Assembly: GCF_025370785.1 (NCBI RefSeq)
Contig: NZ_JAMXFA010000001.1
Span: 107,902 to 171,901, forward strand
From: Laspinema olomoucense D3b
GTDB taxonomy: Bacteria; Cyanobacteriota; Cyanobacteriia; Cyanobacteriales; Laspinemataceae
DNA length: 64,000 nt
Direction: 5' to 3'
Part shown: piece after piece, positions 10,207-20,602 of the stretch
Numbering within the stretch: the stretch's first letter is position 1
Layout of the letters: the number at the start of each line of letters is the position of its first letter
Position numbers and translations under genes: made by a program
Notes under the pieces: model-generated
What the model was told of the DNA's origin: nothing
What the model saw: only the letters and a program-made list of their open reading frames with translations
Databases searched by the model: none

Positions 10207-11934
10207 TCAATCCAACCGCCCGAGGGCCGCTTCACTGGTTGCCAACCACCGCGCCAAGCGCGTGGGGAGGGTTTCATTCAGGCGCAAAGCTGTTTCTTCA
10301 GTTCCCAGGGATTGGGCGTAGGCAGCGCTTAAAAATGGGGCGTAGGTACTCGCTTCCGGTGTCTGCTGTTTGACAAATGCCAAGGTGACCCCGCGCAATA
10401 ATTGCCGCAGGTTTTCCGTCTGTTCCCGAGTGGGGTCATCGGGTAAGACGGTTTGACGTTCTAACAGACTGGGATAGTCGGGGTCAGTGACGCTGAAATG
10501 TGTCCCCCCGATCGCCGTGAGGAGATATTTCGGATCTTCCAGTTGAGTAAAGGGCCGCAATTGATGGGTGACTGCCGGGGCCCAAGCATCATCACTGGCG
10601 GCGACTAACAGGATAGGAATTTCAATTTCACTCAGTCCTTTTTCCCCAAATAAACTGCCAATATTCGGATTTAGGGCGACTGCCTGCTTAATCCGCCGAT
10701 CGCGCAAGGTAATCTGATTTCCCGATAATTCTGTGGCAGAACATTGCAATAAATCCGCAGGCGATCGGCCTAATTTACGGCCCTCACTACAAAAGTCTCG
10801 TAATTCGTCTAAATTTAACTCGCCCCCCGCTACAGCTAATGCGGCATAACCGCCTAAAGAATGACCAATGACTACTGTTTCTGCTGTGTTCAATTTCCCG
10901 GCAAGAGAACCGGGTTGGCGGTTCATTTCGGTGAGTTCATCCAGGACGAAACTAATATCTTTGGGAAGTTCTAAAAAGACGGAAGCGGGGATGAGATTGG
11001 TGGGGTCTAAGGTGACGGGGAGATTTTCAACGGATGCCTCATTAATATCAGGATGTTCAATAGCAACGACGGTGATGCCGTGGGAGGCAAGATGTTGAGA
11101 TAAATAGTTCAATAAGAAGCGATCGGACCCTAATCCCTGGGAGAGAACCGCTAGAGGTCCTTGGGGATTGGTGCCGGAATACAGTTCAGCAATAATATCT
11201 CGATTGCGCTGGCGATCGCGAAAGGTGAGGGTTTGCTGAGAAACCTGTTGGGAACCGGGTAAGGCGGGGTCGAAACTGGCGAAAAAGGGTTCGGTTTCTA
11301 CTTCGAGGTCACTTTCTAAGCGAGATCTCAAAATCTGCCCTTCTAAATAGGGTAGATTCAAACGTGATGCAACGCCGATCGCCGAAGTTGCATCAAAAAC
11401 AATATTATCCCCGGGCAAGGCTTTTAAAATGCCTAATAAACTCAGCCCATTACCTTCGGTGGCAACGAGTTTAATAGCATCTTTAATTTGCTCAATGGTG
11501 CTATCAGGAACGAGTAAGAAAATAGCACGAATAAAGCGGTTTCCTTGGGGGGATTTGATGAGACGATCCAGGGCGCGATCGCCAATATCGGGGTCAATTT
11601 CCACCCGTTGCGCCAACACCTCTTGCAATCCGTCCGGTAAAAAGGGACCTAGGGGGGCAAGATTGCCGGGAAGTTCGCCAGTTCTAGCATACTCTTCTAA
11701 ATCAGAAATGGCGATCGAGCCTTGCCAGGGACCGAGACGAAAGGTCAAACTTTCAGCGGCAAGAGTGGCGACATTTGCACCAGAGGCGACTGCCACCATA
11801 GCAGCAATCAGGGGTGCGATCGCCCGATGATGCCAGCGCCTAAACCGGCGATTAAAGCCAAAAATTCCCGAGAATTTTCCTGATGAATCCCAACCGATTA
11901 TTTGAGTGCGTTTCACAACTTTTATCCTCTCCAT
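10207..11934 (-). CDS. alpha/beta hydrolase (dienelactone-hydrolase-like) with a cyanobacterial N-terminal domain
   Basis: The nucleophile elbow VIGHSLGGYAALAVAG is present, along with an N-terminal signal-like region followed by a conserved domain. The start is uncertain, because the ORF extends to 12015 and the M at 11934 was chosen. Confidence 0.65.
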   Translation of the reverse strand: MERIKVVKRTQIIGWDSSGKFSGIFGFNRRFRRWHHRAIAPLIAAMVAVASGANVATLAAESLTFRLGPWQGSIAISDLEEYARTGELPGNLAPLGPFLPDGLQEVLAQRVEIDPDIGDRALDRLIKSPQGNRFIRAIFLLVPDSTIEQIKDAIKLVATEGNGLSLLGILKALPGDNIVFDATSAIGVASRLNLPYLEGQILRSRLESDLEVETEPFFASFDPALPGSQQVSQQTLTFRDRQRNRDIIAELYSGTNPQGPLAVLSQGLGSDRFLLNYLSQHLASHGITVVAIEHPDINEASVENLPVTLDPTNLIPASVFLELPKDISFVLDELTEMNRQPGSLAGKLNTAETVVIGHSLGGYAALAVAGGELNLDELRDFCSEGRKLGRSPADLLQCSATELSGNQITLRDRRIKQAVALNPNIGSLFGEKGLSEIEIPILLVAASDDAWAPAVTHQLRPFTQLEDPKYLLTAIGGTHFSVTDPDYPSLLERQTVLPDDPTREQTENLRQLLRGVTLAFVKQQTPEASTYAPFLSAAYAQSLGTEETALRLNETLPTRLARWLATSEAALGRLD

Positions 11935-12275
11935 TACGCGCGATCGACAATGAGATTGAACCCCCCCAATCCACAGGTGTTCCCGACTCCATAACCCCAG
12001 TCTAACGTACAACACCCGATTCCCAAAAGGGTCACCCAGTTGTAGCAGGCAATTCCTAACTTTTCAATAGACTTATTGTAAAACCCTAAAAAGCCCCCCT
12101 TCTTAAGGGGGGTTGGGGGGATCACTCCGTTATTTGGCACAAGCTAAAATCCAGATTAAACAAACAAATAAAAACTGTTATTTATTGTTGCTTTTAAGAA
12201 CCAATCGCGGTAAAATAAGAACAAATCAAAACAACTAATACGAGATATCCCCAACTCACCTTCATCTCAGCGCCC

Positions 12276-13073
12276 ATGAGAACTGACACAATTTTTTATA
12301 CCATATTCCAAAAATATCCGACTATCTTCTTTGAATTACTCCACCGTCCGATTCAAGAAGCCAGTGCCTATCAGTTCACCTCCATCGAAGTCAAACAATT
12401 GGCTTTTCGGATTGATGGGATATTCATACCCACCGACGAGGAACCCAACCGACCCTTTTACCTCACCGAAGTACAATTCCAACCCGATGATGAGCTTTAC
12501 TATCGGATTTTTGCCGAACTCTTTATCTACCTACGCCAATACAAACCGGCAAATCCCTGGCAAGTCGTCATCATTTACCCCTATCGTCATATCGAACCCA
12601 AAGACCAGTTACAATTTCAGGAACTGCTCAACTGCGATCGGGTCACCCGCATCTACTTGGATGAACTGGAACCGGAAGGGGAAAGCACATTAGGTCTGGG
12701 AGTTGTTAAACTAATCATAGAACCGGAAACGGCTGCGGTAGAAACAGCCAAACGCCTAATCGCCCAAGCCACCACTGAACTCCCCAATCCCAACCACCAA
12801 CGGGACCTCATCGAACTCATTGAAACCATCATTATTTACAAGTTAACCACAAAAACTCGAAAGGAGATAGCCGCCATGTTAGAACTAGGAAGTTGGAAAG
12901 ACAATCGCTTCTATCAAGAAACCCTTGCCGAAGGTGAAATGCGGGCCAAAATTAAGGCTGTTAAACCTTTAATGCGTCAGGGATTAAGTTTAGAAGCTAT
13001 TGCTGAATCGTTGGAGTTGCCACTATATTTAGTTCGGGAAGCTGCCGAAGATAGCAATAGTCAGGAAGATTAA
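12276..13073 (+). CDS. Rpn-family PD-(D/E)XK nuclease / putative transposase-like protein (DUF4351-type C-terminus)
   Basis: A D...E-V-Q-like motif (IDGIF...LTEVQF) sits in the N-terminal half. The C-terminal tail LGSWKDNRFYQETLAEGE...GLSLEAIAESLELPL is typical of the abundant cyanobacterial Rpn/YhgA-like family. Confidence 0.6.
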   Translation: MRTDTIFYTIFQKYPTIFFELLHRPIQEASAYQFTSIEVKQLAFRIDGIFIPTDEEPNRPFYLTEVQFQPDDELYYRIFAELFIYLRQYKPANPWQVVIIYPYRHIEPKDQLQFQELLNCDRVTRIYLDELEPEGESTLGLGVVKLIIEPETAAVETAKRLIAQATTELPNPNHQRDLIELIETIIIYKLTTKTRKEIAAMLELGSWKDNRFYQETLAEGEMRAKIKAVKPLMRQGLSLEAIAESLELPLYLVREAAEDSNSQED

Positions 13074-13188
13074 CCCCACTCAATGCCGATAAAAATCCGT
13101 AGGTTGACATAAACCAATCGACCCCCTCTAATCCAGGTGAATCGAGGGGGTTTTATCCCAAATTTTAGGTTAAGAGGAGATAGCCACC

Positions 13189-13410
13189 ATGTTTGAACTA
13201 GGAAGTTGGAAAGACAATCGCTCCTATCAAGAATGTTTTGCCGAAGGCTGGATTGAAGGTTGGTTTGACGGGTGGAAGCAAGGCCAGATTGTGTTGATCA
13301 AACACTTGATTTGGAAAGGGGTCAGTTTAGAAGAAATTGCCCAGACGGTGGAATTGCCGTTAGAGTTAGTTGAGAAAGTAGCCCTGTTGACGAAGGGGAA
13401 GGAAGATTAA
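13189..13410 (+). pseudogene. partial 3' duplicate of the preceding Rpn-family gene (DUF4351-like fragment)
   Basis: MFELGSWKDNRSYQECFAEG... is nearly identical at the DNA level to the 12880-12940 region of the upstream gene, including the RBS-like GAGATAGCC(G/A)CCATG. Confidence 0.5.
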
Positions 13411-13486
13411 ATCTATTGTTTCATCACCGGCTAATGTTTGAATTTAAGCCAGTGATGGGGTGACTAAATCCGAATTTTTTTCAACT

Positions 13487-16333
13487 CTAGATATCTGCCA
13501 CATCCCACAACCGGACTACCCCCTCATGACTTGCAGAGACGAGATATTTGCGATCGGGACTGAAGGCAACGCAAGAAACCGACCTTGTATGTCCCTGAAA
13601 TGTACGCAGTTGTCTGGCCGTTATTGAATCCCACAGCCTCACCGTATTATCCTGACTCCCAGAAGCGAGGAATTTACCATTGGGACTGAAGGCCACGCTT
13701 TCCACTGGGGCGGTATGTCCAGAGAGTTGGCGCAGTTCCCTTCCTGTAGCAACATCCCACAGCCTCACAATATTATCAAAACACCCCGCAGAAGCGAGGA
13801 ATTTGCCATTTGGGCTGAAGGCGACGCTTTTCATTGGGCCAGTAGGTCTCCAGAATTGGCGCAGTTCCCTTCCCGTAACCACATCCCACAGCCTCACCGT
13901 ATTATCCTCACTCCCAGAAGCGAGGAACTTGCCATCGGGACTGAAGGCTACGCTAAACACTACGGGGCTCGTATGTCCACAGAGTTGGCGCAGTTCCCTT
14001 CCCGTAACCACATCCCACAGCCTTACCGTATAATCCCCACTCCCAGAAGCGAGTAATTTGCCATTGGGACTGAAGGCGACGCTAAAAACCCAGTGAGTAT
14101 GACCAGAGAGTTGGCGCAGTTCCCTTCCCTTAGCCATATCCCACAGCCGCACAGTTTTATCGTCACTCCCAGAAGCGAGATATTTGCCATCGGGACTGAA
14201 GGCGACACTTTCTACCCACAAACTATGACCAGAGAGTTGGCGCAGTTCCTGTCCCTTAGCTACATCCCACAGCCGCACGATCTGATCCCAATTGCCAGCA
14301 ACAGCGAGGTATTTGCCATCGGGACTGAAGGCGACACTGTTCACAGATTCGGTATGACCAGAGAGTTGGCCCAGATCCCTTCCCGTAGCCGTATCCCACA
14401 ACCGCACCGTATTATCTAAACTCCCAGAAGCGAGGACTTTGCCATCGGGACTGAAGGCCAAGTTAACCACGGATTTGTAGGTATGACCAGAGAGTTGACG
14501 CAGTTCCCTTCCGGTAGCGGCATCCCACAGCACCACAGTATTATCTAAACTCCCAGAAGCGAGGTATTTGCCATCGGGACTGAAGGCTACGCTCTTGACG
14601 GTCCTCATATGTGCACTAAGTTCACACAATTCCTTTCCTGTAAACGTATTCCACAACCACAAGGTATGAGGCCCACTCCCAGAAGCGAGGACTTCGCCAT
14701 CGGGACTGAAGGCCACACTGTTCACGATACAGGTATGTTCACAGAGTTGGTAGAGTTCCCTTCCCGTAACCACATCCCACAGCCGCATGGTCTCATCCTC
14801 ACTCCCAGAAGCAAGGACTTTGCCATCGGGACTGAAGGCCAAACTAACCACGGATTTTGTATGTCCACAGAGTTGGTGCAGTTCCATTCCTGTAACGGTA
14901 TCCCACAGCCGCAGGGTCTTATCCTTACTTCCAGACGCGAGTAATTTGCCATCGGGACTGAAGACTACGCTATTCACCCCGTCGGTATGTCCCTGAATTT
15001 GACGCAGGAATTGCCCCGTCATTAAATCGCAGAAGTAAATAGTTTGTCCCCTCGCTAAAGCTAACAGTTTTCCGTCCAGACTTACGGCTCCAGAATTAGC
15101 AGGGCAGTCGATTTCCCAGAGTGCTTCACCACTGCTTAGGTTAAACAATGCCGCGCCACCTGTGGCACAGACAATCGCTAATTCCTGATTCAGCAGGAAC
15201 ACATTTCGGATGGCTCCACGTCCAAAGCGTCGTACCATTCCCTGAGCTTGTAGTTCGGGCAAGATAAAATAGCCGCGCAGATCTATTACGCTTTTGCCGG
15301 GACCGGACGCAGTTGTTGGCCGGGGCTTTAAAACCGGGGGTGAAACCTGGGGTTTGGGTCGAGGGAGTGTTGCCGATCGCATATTCCCAGAGCTATTTAC
15401 CTCAGATGCTGCCGTGTTCCACCACTCACTGATATTGTTAGGGCGCTGATTTTTCTGTAGCGGTAAGGCGGAGGCGACTAAACCCTGCCAGGGTTCCTCT
15501 AATTGGGGTTCCCAGGGTTCTCCGATGAGGCGACTCAGGGCTGGAGGTGGTAGGGTCCCGGTGAGCATTTGATGTAAGAGCATCCCCAGTTCAAAAATAT
15601 CGCTTTCTGGCCCGATCGCCTGGTTGCCAATCAGTTCCGGTGGGGCGTAATCTGGTGTAAATGCTCGGGTACTCCGGGTGGGACCAATGGTGGCGCTTTC
15701 TTGTTTGGCTGCCCCAAAATCGATTAAGACGATTCGCCCTTCCGGTGTCAGGAGAATATTGTCGGGTTTGAGGTCGAGATGATAGACTCCGGCTTGATGA
15801 GTTGCCGCTAAAGCACTGACTAAAGATGTGATGATTTCCCTAACTCGTTGCGGGTCTAATTTTTTCCCAGGCTGCTCGTCTAACTCTTGTCCTAATGTTT
15901 TCCCGGAGAGCAGTTCCATCACCAGATAGGCGGTGTTTCTTTCTTCAAATAAGTCTTGCACTCGCACTAAACTGGGATGATTCAGTTTGGCTAAAATCCG
16001 CCCTTCTCGCAAAAATCGGGTTAACCAACGCTGATACATTTCCGTCTTGTTTTGGGGAACGGTTAATCCCCCATTATTGCTGTGGCGATGGGCGAGTTCT
16101 TGGGGATAGTATTCTTTGATGGCGACAGGTTGTTCCAGGCCAATATGATGCGCTCGATAGGTAATCCCAAATCCCCCTCGTCCTAAAGCATATTCGATTT
16201 CGTAGGTGTCGGCTTTTAAGCGAGTTTGTTCCGGCAGGAGGTTTTGCTGGAGTGCGGGTAAATGAGCGCCGCATTTGGGGCAGTATTGATTCGTTGACGA
16301 GATGCCTTCTGCATGACAGTTTAAACAACGCAT
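13487..16333 (-). CDS. Ser/Thr protein kinase with an N-terminal zinc ribbon and a C-terminal array of ~14 WD40 repeats
   Basis: The N-terminal zinc ribbon is CLNCHAEGISSTNQYCPKCG. Kinase motifs HLDLKPDNILL and DFG are present. Repeated SVAFSPDGK..LASGS..D.TVRLWD units follow. Confidence 0.9.
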   Translation of the reverse strand: MRCLNCHAEGISSTNQYCPKCGAHLPALQQNLLPEQTRLKADTYEIEYALGRGGFGITYRAHHIGLEQPVAIKEYYPQELAHRHSNNGGLTVPQNKTEMYQRWLTRFLREGRILAKLNHPSLVRVQDLFEERNTAYLVMELLSGKTLGQELDEQPGKKLDPQRVREIITSLVSALAATHQAGVYHLDLKPDNILLTPEGRIVLIDFGAAKQESATIGPTRSTRAFTPDYAPPELIGNQAIGPESDIFELGMLLHQMLTGTLPPPALSRLIGEPWEPQLEEPWQGLVASALPLQKNQRPNNISEWWNTAASEVNSSGNMRSATLPRPKPQVSPPVLKPRPTTASGPGKSVIDLRGYFILPELQAQGMVRRFGRGAIRNVFLLNQELAIVCATGGAALFNLSSGEALWEIDCPANSGAVSLDGKLLALARGQTIYFCDLMTGQFLRQIQGHTDGVNSVVFSPDGKLLASGSKDKTLRLWDTVTGMELHQLCGHTKSVVSLAFSPDGKVLASGSEDETMRLWDVVTGRELYQLCEHTCIVNSVAFSPDGEVLASGSGPHTLWLWNTFTGKELCELSAHMRTVKSVAFSPDGKYLASGSLDNTVVLWDAATGRELRQLSGHTYKSVVNLAFSPDGKVLASGSLDNTVRLWDTATGRDLGQLSGHTESVNSVAFSPDGKYLAVAGNWDQIVRLWDVAKGQELRQLSGHSLWVESVAFSPDGKYLASGSDDKTVRLWDMAKGRELRQLSGHTHWVFSVAFSPNGKLLASGSGDYTVRLWDVVTGRELRQLCGHTSPVVFSVAFSPDGKFLASGSEDNTVRLWDVVTGRELRQFWRPTGPMKSVAFSPNGKFLASAGCFDNIVRLWDVATGRELRQLSGHTAPVESVAFSPNGKFLASGSQDNTVRLWDSITARQLRTFQGHTRSVSCVAFSPDRKYLVSASHEGVVRLWDVADI

Positions 16334-16531
16334 GAGCCTATATGTCTACACCTACTCCGATTGTAATAATTTATCATGAACGGGTGAGGAATTTAATAAA
16401 TTTTTGTAACAGTTTGGAAGGAGGGTGCAATCCATCTGTTTTTAATGGAATGTCTACAGTTATTCGCGTCCATTCTTGGGAGTGCGTCAGCGTTTTACGC
16501 ACTCCTGATAGCCTTTGACTGTTAAACGATG

Positions 16532-17011
16532 TTAACTTTCCTCGATGACAGCGGAGATTTCTGTTGCCATATTGATTAAAAATGCGGCAGAATCTGGCTT
16601 GCCATTTTCAGTCAACATTTGAGCAATTTGGGCGAGGACTTGGACGAAACCTCGGTCTACTAAATCGGAGTTGTTATCTAAAAGAAGTGCCACATCTTCC
16701 CCTCGATCGCAAGCTAAAATACCTTCAATGAGTTTAATATAGGCCCCGGTCCGATCGCTGCGATCGGGGTTCATCATTTCCGTCGATTGTCCAAAGGCGA
16801 GTTGTAATTGTTGGGCTAAATCCCCTAAAAAACTAGCGGCTTCTGTTTCCCCTTCGGTTTCGGCTTTGGCGGCTGCTTGTTCCAAAATGTAGATAAATTC
16901 AACATCGACTAAATCTTCATTCTGTCGAAGTATATTTATTTCTTCTCCTTCGGGACAATCTAATAATTTTTGAATGAGTTGGATATAAGCCCTGATCCGG
17001 TTATCAGTCAT
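16532..17011 (-). CDS. hypothetical protein built from two tandem ~75-aa repeats
   Basis: The two repeats are IRAYIQLIQKLLDCPEGEE...LVDVEFIYILEQ and GAYIKLIEGILACDRGED...LVDRGFVQVLAQ. It lies immediately upstream of, and co-oriented with, the WD40 kinase. Confidence 0.5.
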   Translation of the reverse strand: MTDNRIRAYIQLIQKLLDCPEGEEINILRQNEDLVDVEFIYILEQAAAKAETEGETEAASFLGDLAQQLQLAFGQSTEMMNPDRSDRTGAYIKLIEGILACDRGEDVALLLDNNSDLVDRGFVQVLAQIAQMLTENGKPDSAAFLINMATEISAVIEES

Positions 17012-17264
17012 CGGGTTTTTTTAGGATTTTACTGTTTTTATGATACGTCAAACTTTACCGCAATTTCGGAGGGATATTGCTTAGAGGTTAACGAGGCGAT
17101 CGCAGGGTTGGGGTTGAATGGGGGGAACGATTGAAGTCGTTACTACGAACGAATAAAGAGAACGAGTGAAGTCATTTCCCATAAGACTTTCAGTCGGTTT
17201 TAACCGACTTAAGCTATGAGGCGGGGGTTTTAACCCCTGCCGGGTTTTTTTTGGATTGAATCAA

Positions 17265-17351
17265 CGGAGAGGGGGAGATTCGAACTCCCGGAACCCTTGC
17301 GGATTCATCTGATTTCAAGTCAGACGCAATCGACCACTCTGCCACCTCTCC
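17265..17351 (-). tRNA. tRNA-Ser (anticodon UGA), class II with long variable arm
   Basis: The reverse complement folds as a cloverleaf. The acceptor is GGAGAGG/CCTCTCC, the anticodon loop is CTTGAAA, the variable arm is long, and the T-loop is GGGAG-TTCGAAT-CTCCC. Confidence 0.85.
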
Positions 17352-17426
17352 AGTGCGGCTCTGTTTTATCTTACCCCGAGTTGTCTGGAATTGAAAGAGG
17401 CAAGGGGGGAAAAAATCCAGTCGCCC

Positions 17427-18359
17427 CTAGGCGAGGGTGGCAACGGATTCCGGGTGTTGTTGATAGAGTACCTCTTCGGAGGCGATCGCGAAATCTTGAT
17501 CCACCCAAACCAGGGAGGCGCGAGTCACGGTGTTCCCTTGTAATTCAACCAGGGAGAAGTTCCGCAATTGACCCGTTTCTGTAGGAACAATCCGGGGAAC
17601 GCGGGCTGCATTCAGGTAAACAGTGCCATCGCTGGTGGTATGCAGGGATTTCCGCAAGCGGGTTTGAGTGTGGCGCAGACGGTGGTGCATATGTCCGAAA
17701 GTGACGAGGGGGATGGTTTTGCCCATTTTGCGGGTTTGGGCGATCGCATCGGCAAAATCCGGGTCCCCAAAGTCGCCTCCCAGAGGTTTCCAGTCCTTGC
17801 CGCAGGGGTCTTCTGGGCGATCGCCTAACCCTTTGGGTCCATTATGTCCCAGAAAAATAATCGTATCGAAGCTGGCGCGTTTGACTGCTGCCATAATGCG
17901 ATCGGTAGACTCCACAAAACTGCTAACATCGCAGCGATCGCTATAAAAATCCGCATATTTCCATTCCGACCCTCCCCAGCTAAAAGGACGGGACCCCACC
18001 ACCGTCAGTCCAAACTGGGGAAAATCTAACTTGCCATACCCCACATGAGTCTCGCCGAGGATATCCAGTTGAGACTGGACCCAATCCTCACTGCGGCGAT
18101 TGTAGGGACAGGTTTTGCGACCCCAGTCCGTCGCCGTGAACCAAGCGTCATGGTTTCCAAACGTCACCGCTTTGGGAATGTCCAAGGAGGCGATCGCCCG
18201 AACAATCGGTACCGACTCATTCCCAAAATCCCCTACAAATAGCGCTAAATCAACCCCAAGACGGGTTAGCGCTTCCCCATCTGCCGCTTCCCATTGTTCA
18301 TGTACATCTCCAACAATGGCAATTTTAATCTGACTTTTCTGATAATTGTGTCCGAACAT
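17427..18359 (-). CDS. calcineurin-like metallophosphoesterase
   Basis: The motifs IAIVGDVHEQW, FVGDFGNE and GNHD are present. Confidence 0.8.
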   Translation of the reverse strand: MFGHNYQKSQIKIAIVGDVHEQWEAADGEALTRLGVDLALFVGDFGNESVPIVRAIASLDIPKAVTFGNHDAWFTATDWGRKTCPYNRRSEDWVQSQLDILGETHVGYGKLDFPQFGLTVVGSRPFSWGGSEWKYADFYSDRCDVSSFVESTDRIMAAVKRASFDTIIFLGHNGPKGLGDRPEDPCGKDWKPLGGDFGDPDFADAIAQTRKMGKTIPLVTFGHMHHRLRHTQTRLRKSLHTTSDGTVYLNAARVPRIVPTETGQLRNFSLVELQGNTVTRASLVWVDQDFAIASEEVLYQQHPESVATLA

Positions 18360-18905
18360 CCCTGTTTCTCTCGCTGCTCTTTATCTAGGATAGGCAATAG
18401 AGCGCCTGAATGTGAAGAAACTCCAGCCTTTAGCGGGTTCAAAATTAGGGATGAACCGTAAATCCCTTCTGCCGGTTCCTCTGGCAATTTCCCCTGACTC
18501 GGGTATTTTTATTCAGAACAAGGAACAAATATCTTTGTGGGGAGAGGCTTTCCGGCTTCCCCTTCCCGACTCTTGGCATTACTCCCCTCTTTCTTAGCAA
18601 TCTTATCTGCCCAGTCCCTGTCTGGGTTAGCTGGATAATTCCCGATTTGCAGGTGCAGCCCCCCTTCCCCTAAGTGGGAAACCGGAGTGAAGCTCCCACG
18701 TTCTAAAATAGAAAGGGAGCCTCCAAACTTTCCATGTGTCCTGACACGACCCTGAAGCCAAGAAGAGGTAGGGGCGATCGGGTTACAGTGATGTAAGCAG
18801 TCTATTAAAAACGATAGGCTAGAAATAAGACAAAGGCGTTCAGGCTAGTTTTTAGCTGAATCGCCTTTCGTTGATCATAGAATGAGTAGAAACTAAGAGA
18901 TACAG

Positions 18906-19373
18906 ATGGCGCAACAAAGCGAAGGGATCAAGATAGTCAGTGATAATCGCCAAGCCCGTTTTTTATATGAAATTCTGGAAACATACGAAGCGGGGATTGC
19001 ATTAAAGGGGACCGAGGTCAAATCCATCCGGGGAGGGAAGGTGAATATCCGAGATGGGTATGTCTTGTTTCGGGATGCCGAGGCGTGGCTGCTTAATGTG
19101 AATGTTTCGCCGTATGAGACGGCCAGCCTCTATTTTAACCATGAGCCGACCCGGAGTCGAAAGCTTTTGCTACACCGCGATCAAATCCGCAAGTTGATTG
19201 GTAAGGTGGAACAGAAAGGCTTGACAATGGTACCGACAAAGATGTATTTCAAGCGTGGGTTAGTTAAGGTAGAGATTGCTCTAGTCCGAGGCAAGCAACT
19301 CCACGATAAGCGAGCGGCGGTGAAAGAACGGGACCACAAGCGGGAGATAGAACGGGCGTTAAAGCAGTATTAG
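18906..19373 (+). CDS. smpB: SsrA-binding protein
   Basis: The stretch NRQARFLYEILETYEAGIALKGTEVKSIRGGKVNIRDGYV is present, and the ORF is 155 aa. Confidence 0.92.
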   Translation: MAQQSEGIKIVSDNRQARFLYEILETYEAGIALKGTEVKSIRGGKVNIRDGYVLFRDAEAWLLNVNVSPYETASLYFNHEPTRSRKLLLHRDQIRKLIGKVEQKGLTMVPTKMYFKRGLVKVEIALVRGKQLHDKRAAVKERDHKREIERALKQY

Positions 19374-19461
19374 CGCTTCTAGCCGACTGCTTCCCACTCC
19401 CGGACTATCTAGGGCAAAGGCAAATGATGACCCCCGCTCCGATGAGCGGGTTGAGGGTCTT

Positions 19462-19644
19462 CTATCTGGAATATCTGCGTTTGCGTCTGCGTGCGATTTC
19501 TTTGCGCTTACGCTTTTCTAAGGGAGTTTCAAAGTGACGCTGACGCTTCATGTCTGCATAAATTCCCTCTTTTGCAACTTGACGCTTAAAGCGGCGCAGT
19601 GCAGATTCGATCGCTTCATTTTCGCCTACAACGACTTGAGTCAT
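19462..19644 (-). CDS. rpsU: 30S ribosomal protein S21
   Basis: The ORF reads [23 protein letters not shown]...RKRRYSR. It is convergent with smpB, and a hairpin at ~19420-19450 lies between them. Confidence 0.92.
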   Translation of the reverse strand: MTQVVVGENEAIESALRRFKRQVAKEGIYADMKRQRHFETPLEKRKRKEIARRRKRRYSR

Positions 19645-20602
19645 CCGGTATCCTCCTGAGTATCAACAATAAGATGGGCGGGTGAAAAGTGCTCTACCCC
19701 AACTCGGGTAAGCTTAATATCCCAGTTACGGAAATAGCTGATGGAGGCGATGGTCCTCTGTCGAGCCGTTGGCGAGGGTGGGGTTCACAATCGAAGGCTC
19801 GCAGATAGGAGTAAAAAGCCCTCAAATCGCGCTTTGTCCGAAACTGGCTATCTGTTATGAATTGGCTTTAAAACCCGATAGTGTTTGTTGGCTTGTCTGT
19901 ATCGCAACAAACACGACAATCAAACTTTATCTGCGAAATATATTTTAACACAGAATGCCTCGGGTTCAGGAAAAATCCCTGATTGCCAGTCATTAGCTCA
20001 TGCGATCGCCGCCCATTAAATTGTGCTCTCCCCTTAAGGTGAGTGCAAGCGGGCGATCGCCTCACGCATTCAGAGAAATCGGATTGTAGCATGAGAAGGG
20101 GGATTACGTTTCCCTGGGTGTTTCTCTAATCCGGGAGAACCTTGGGGTTCTGTACAGCCCAAAGCCCGATGAGCAGTCTCCCCGTCCAGTTCCCCTCCAG
20201 GGTGGGAATGGGGAGTCTTGCTCGCCCTTGCGGTAGGGGCCGCACCTGGTCATAATCCGATCGCCCTGGTCCCGGGTTGCTGGTCCTGGGTGGCTAGTCC
20301 CTGGTCCCTTTTCCCTTGTGCCTTTACTAAAAAATATTAAAACACTGGCCCCATTTTAATATTTTCTGCTTAAAACTCCTAAAATTAATATAAATACTTT
20401 GGGGTTGGGTAATCCCTAAGCAAATTAACCTGTAGAACCTAGGATAACCGCCCCAAGGCACCGGGCTGATGTTCGGGCTTCGTGACTAAAAATTTTTCGG
20501 TGCAGTAGTTCGCTCATGCCTGGGAGCAGGGGTTTAGTCTCCCCCCACAATCCGGGTAGCCCCGATTAAAATTACCATCCTACTGAAGGGTAGAACTCAG
20601 CA

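Noticed and set aside
13680-14996. A series of 70-120-aa ORFs on both strands (13680-14033, 13715-14056, 14093-14419, 14609-14944, 14787-14996 and others)
   Set aside because: All lie within the WD40-repeat portion of the kinase gene. They are periodic off-frame translations of the nucleotide-level WD40 repeats (recurring motifs such as ELAQFPS/IPQPH) and are not genes.
18360-18905. Possible tmRNA (ssrA) near smpB
   Set aside because: I looked for a tag-peptide reading frame (ANN...AA-stop) and a tRNA-like acceptor/T-arm in the smpB-flanking spacers and found none. ssrA is evidently elsewhere in the genome.
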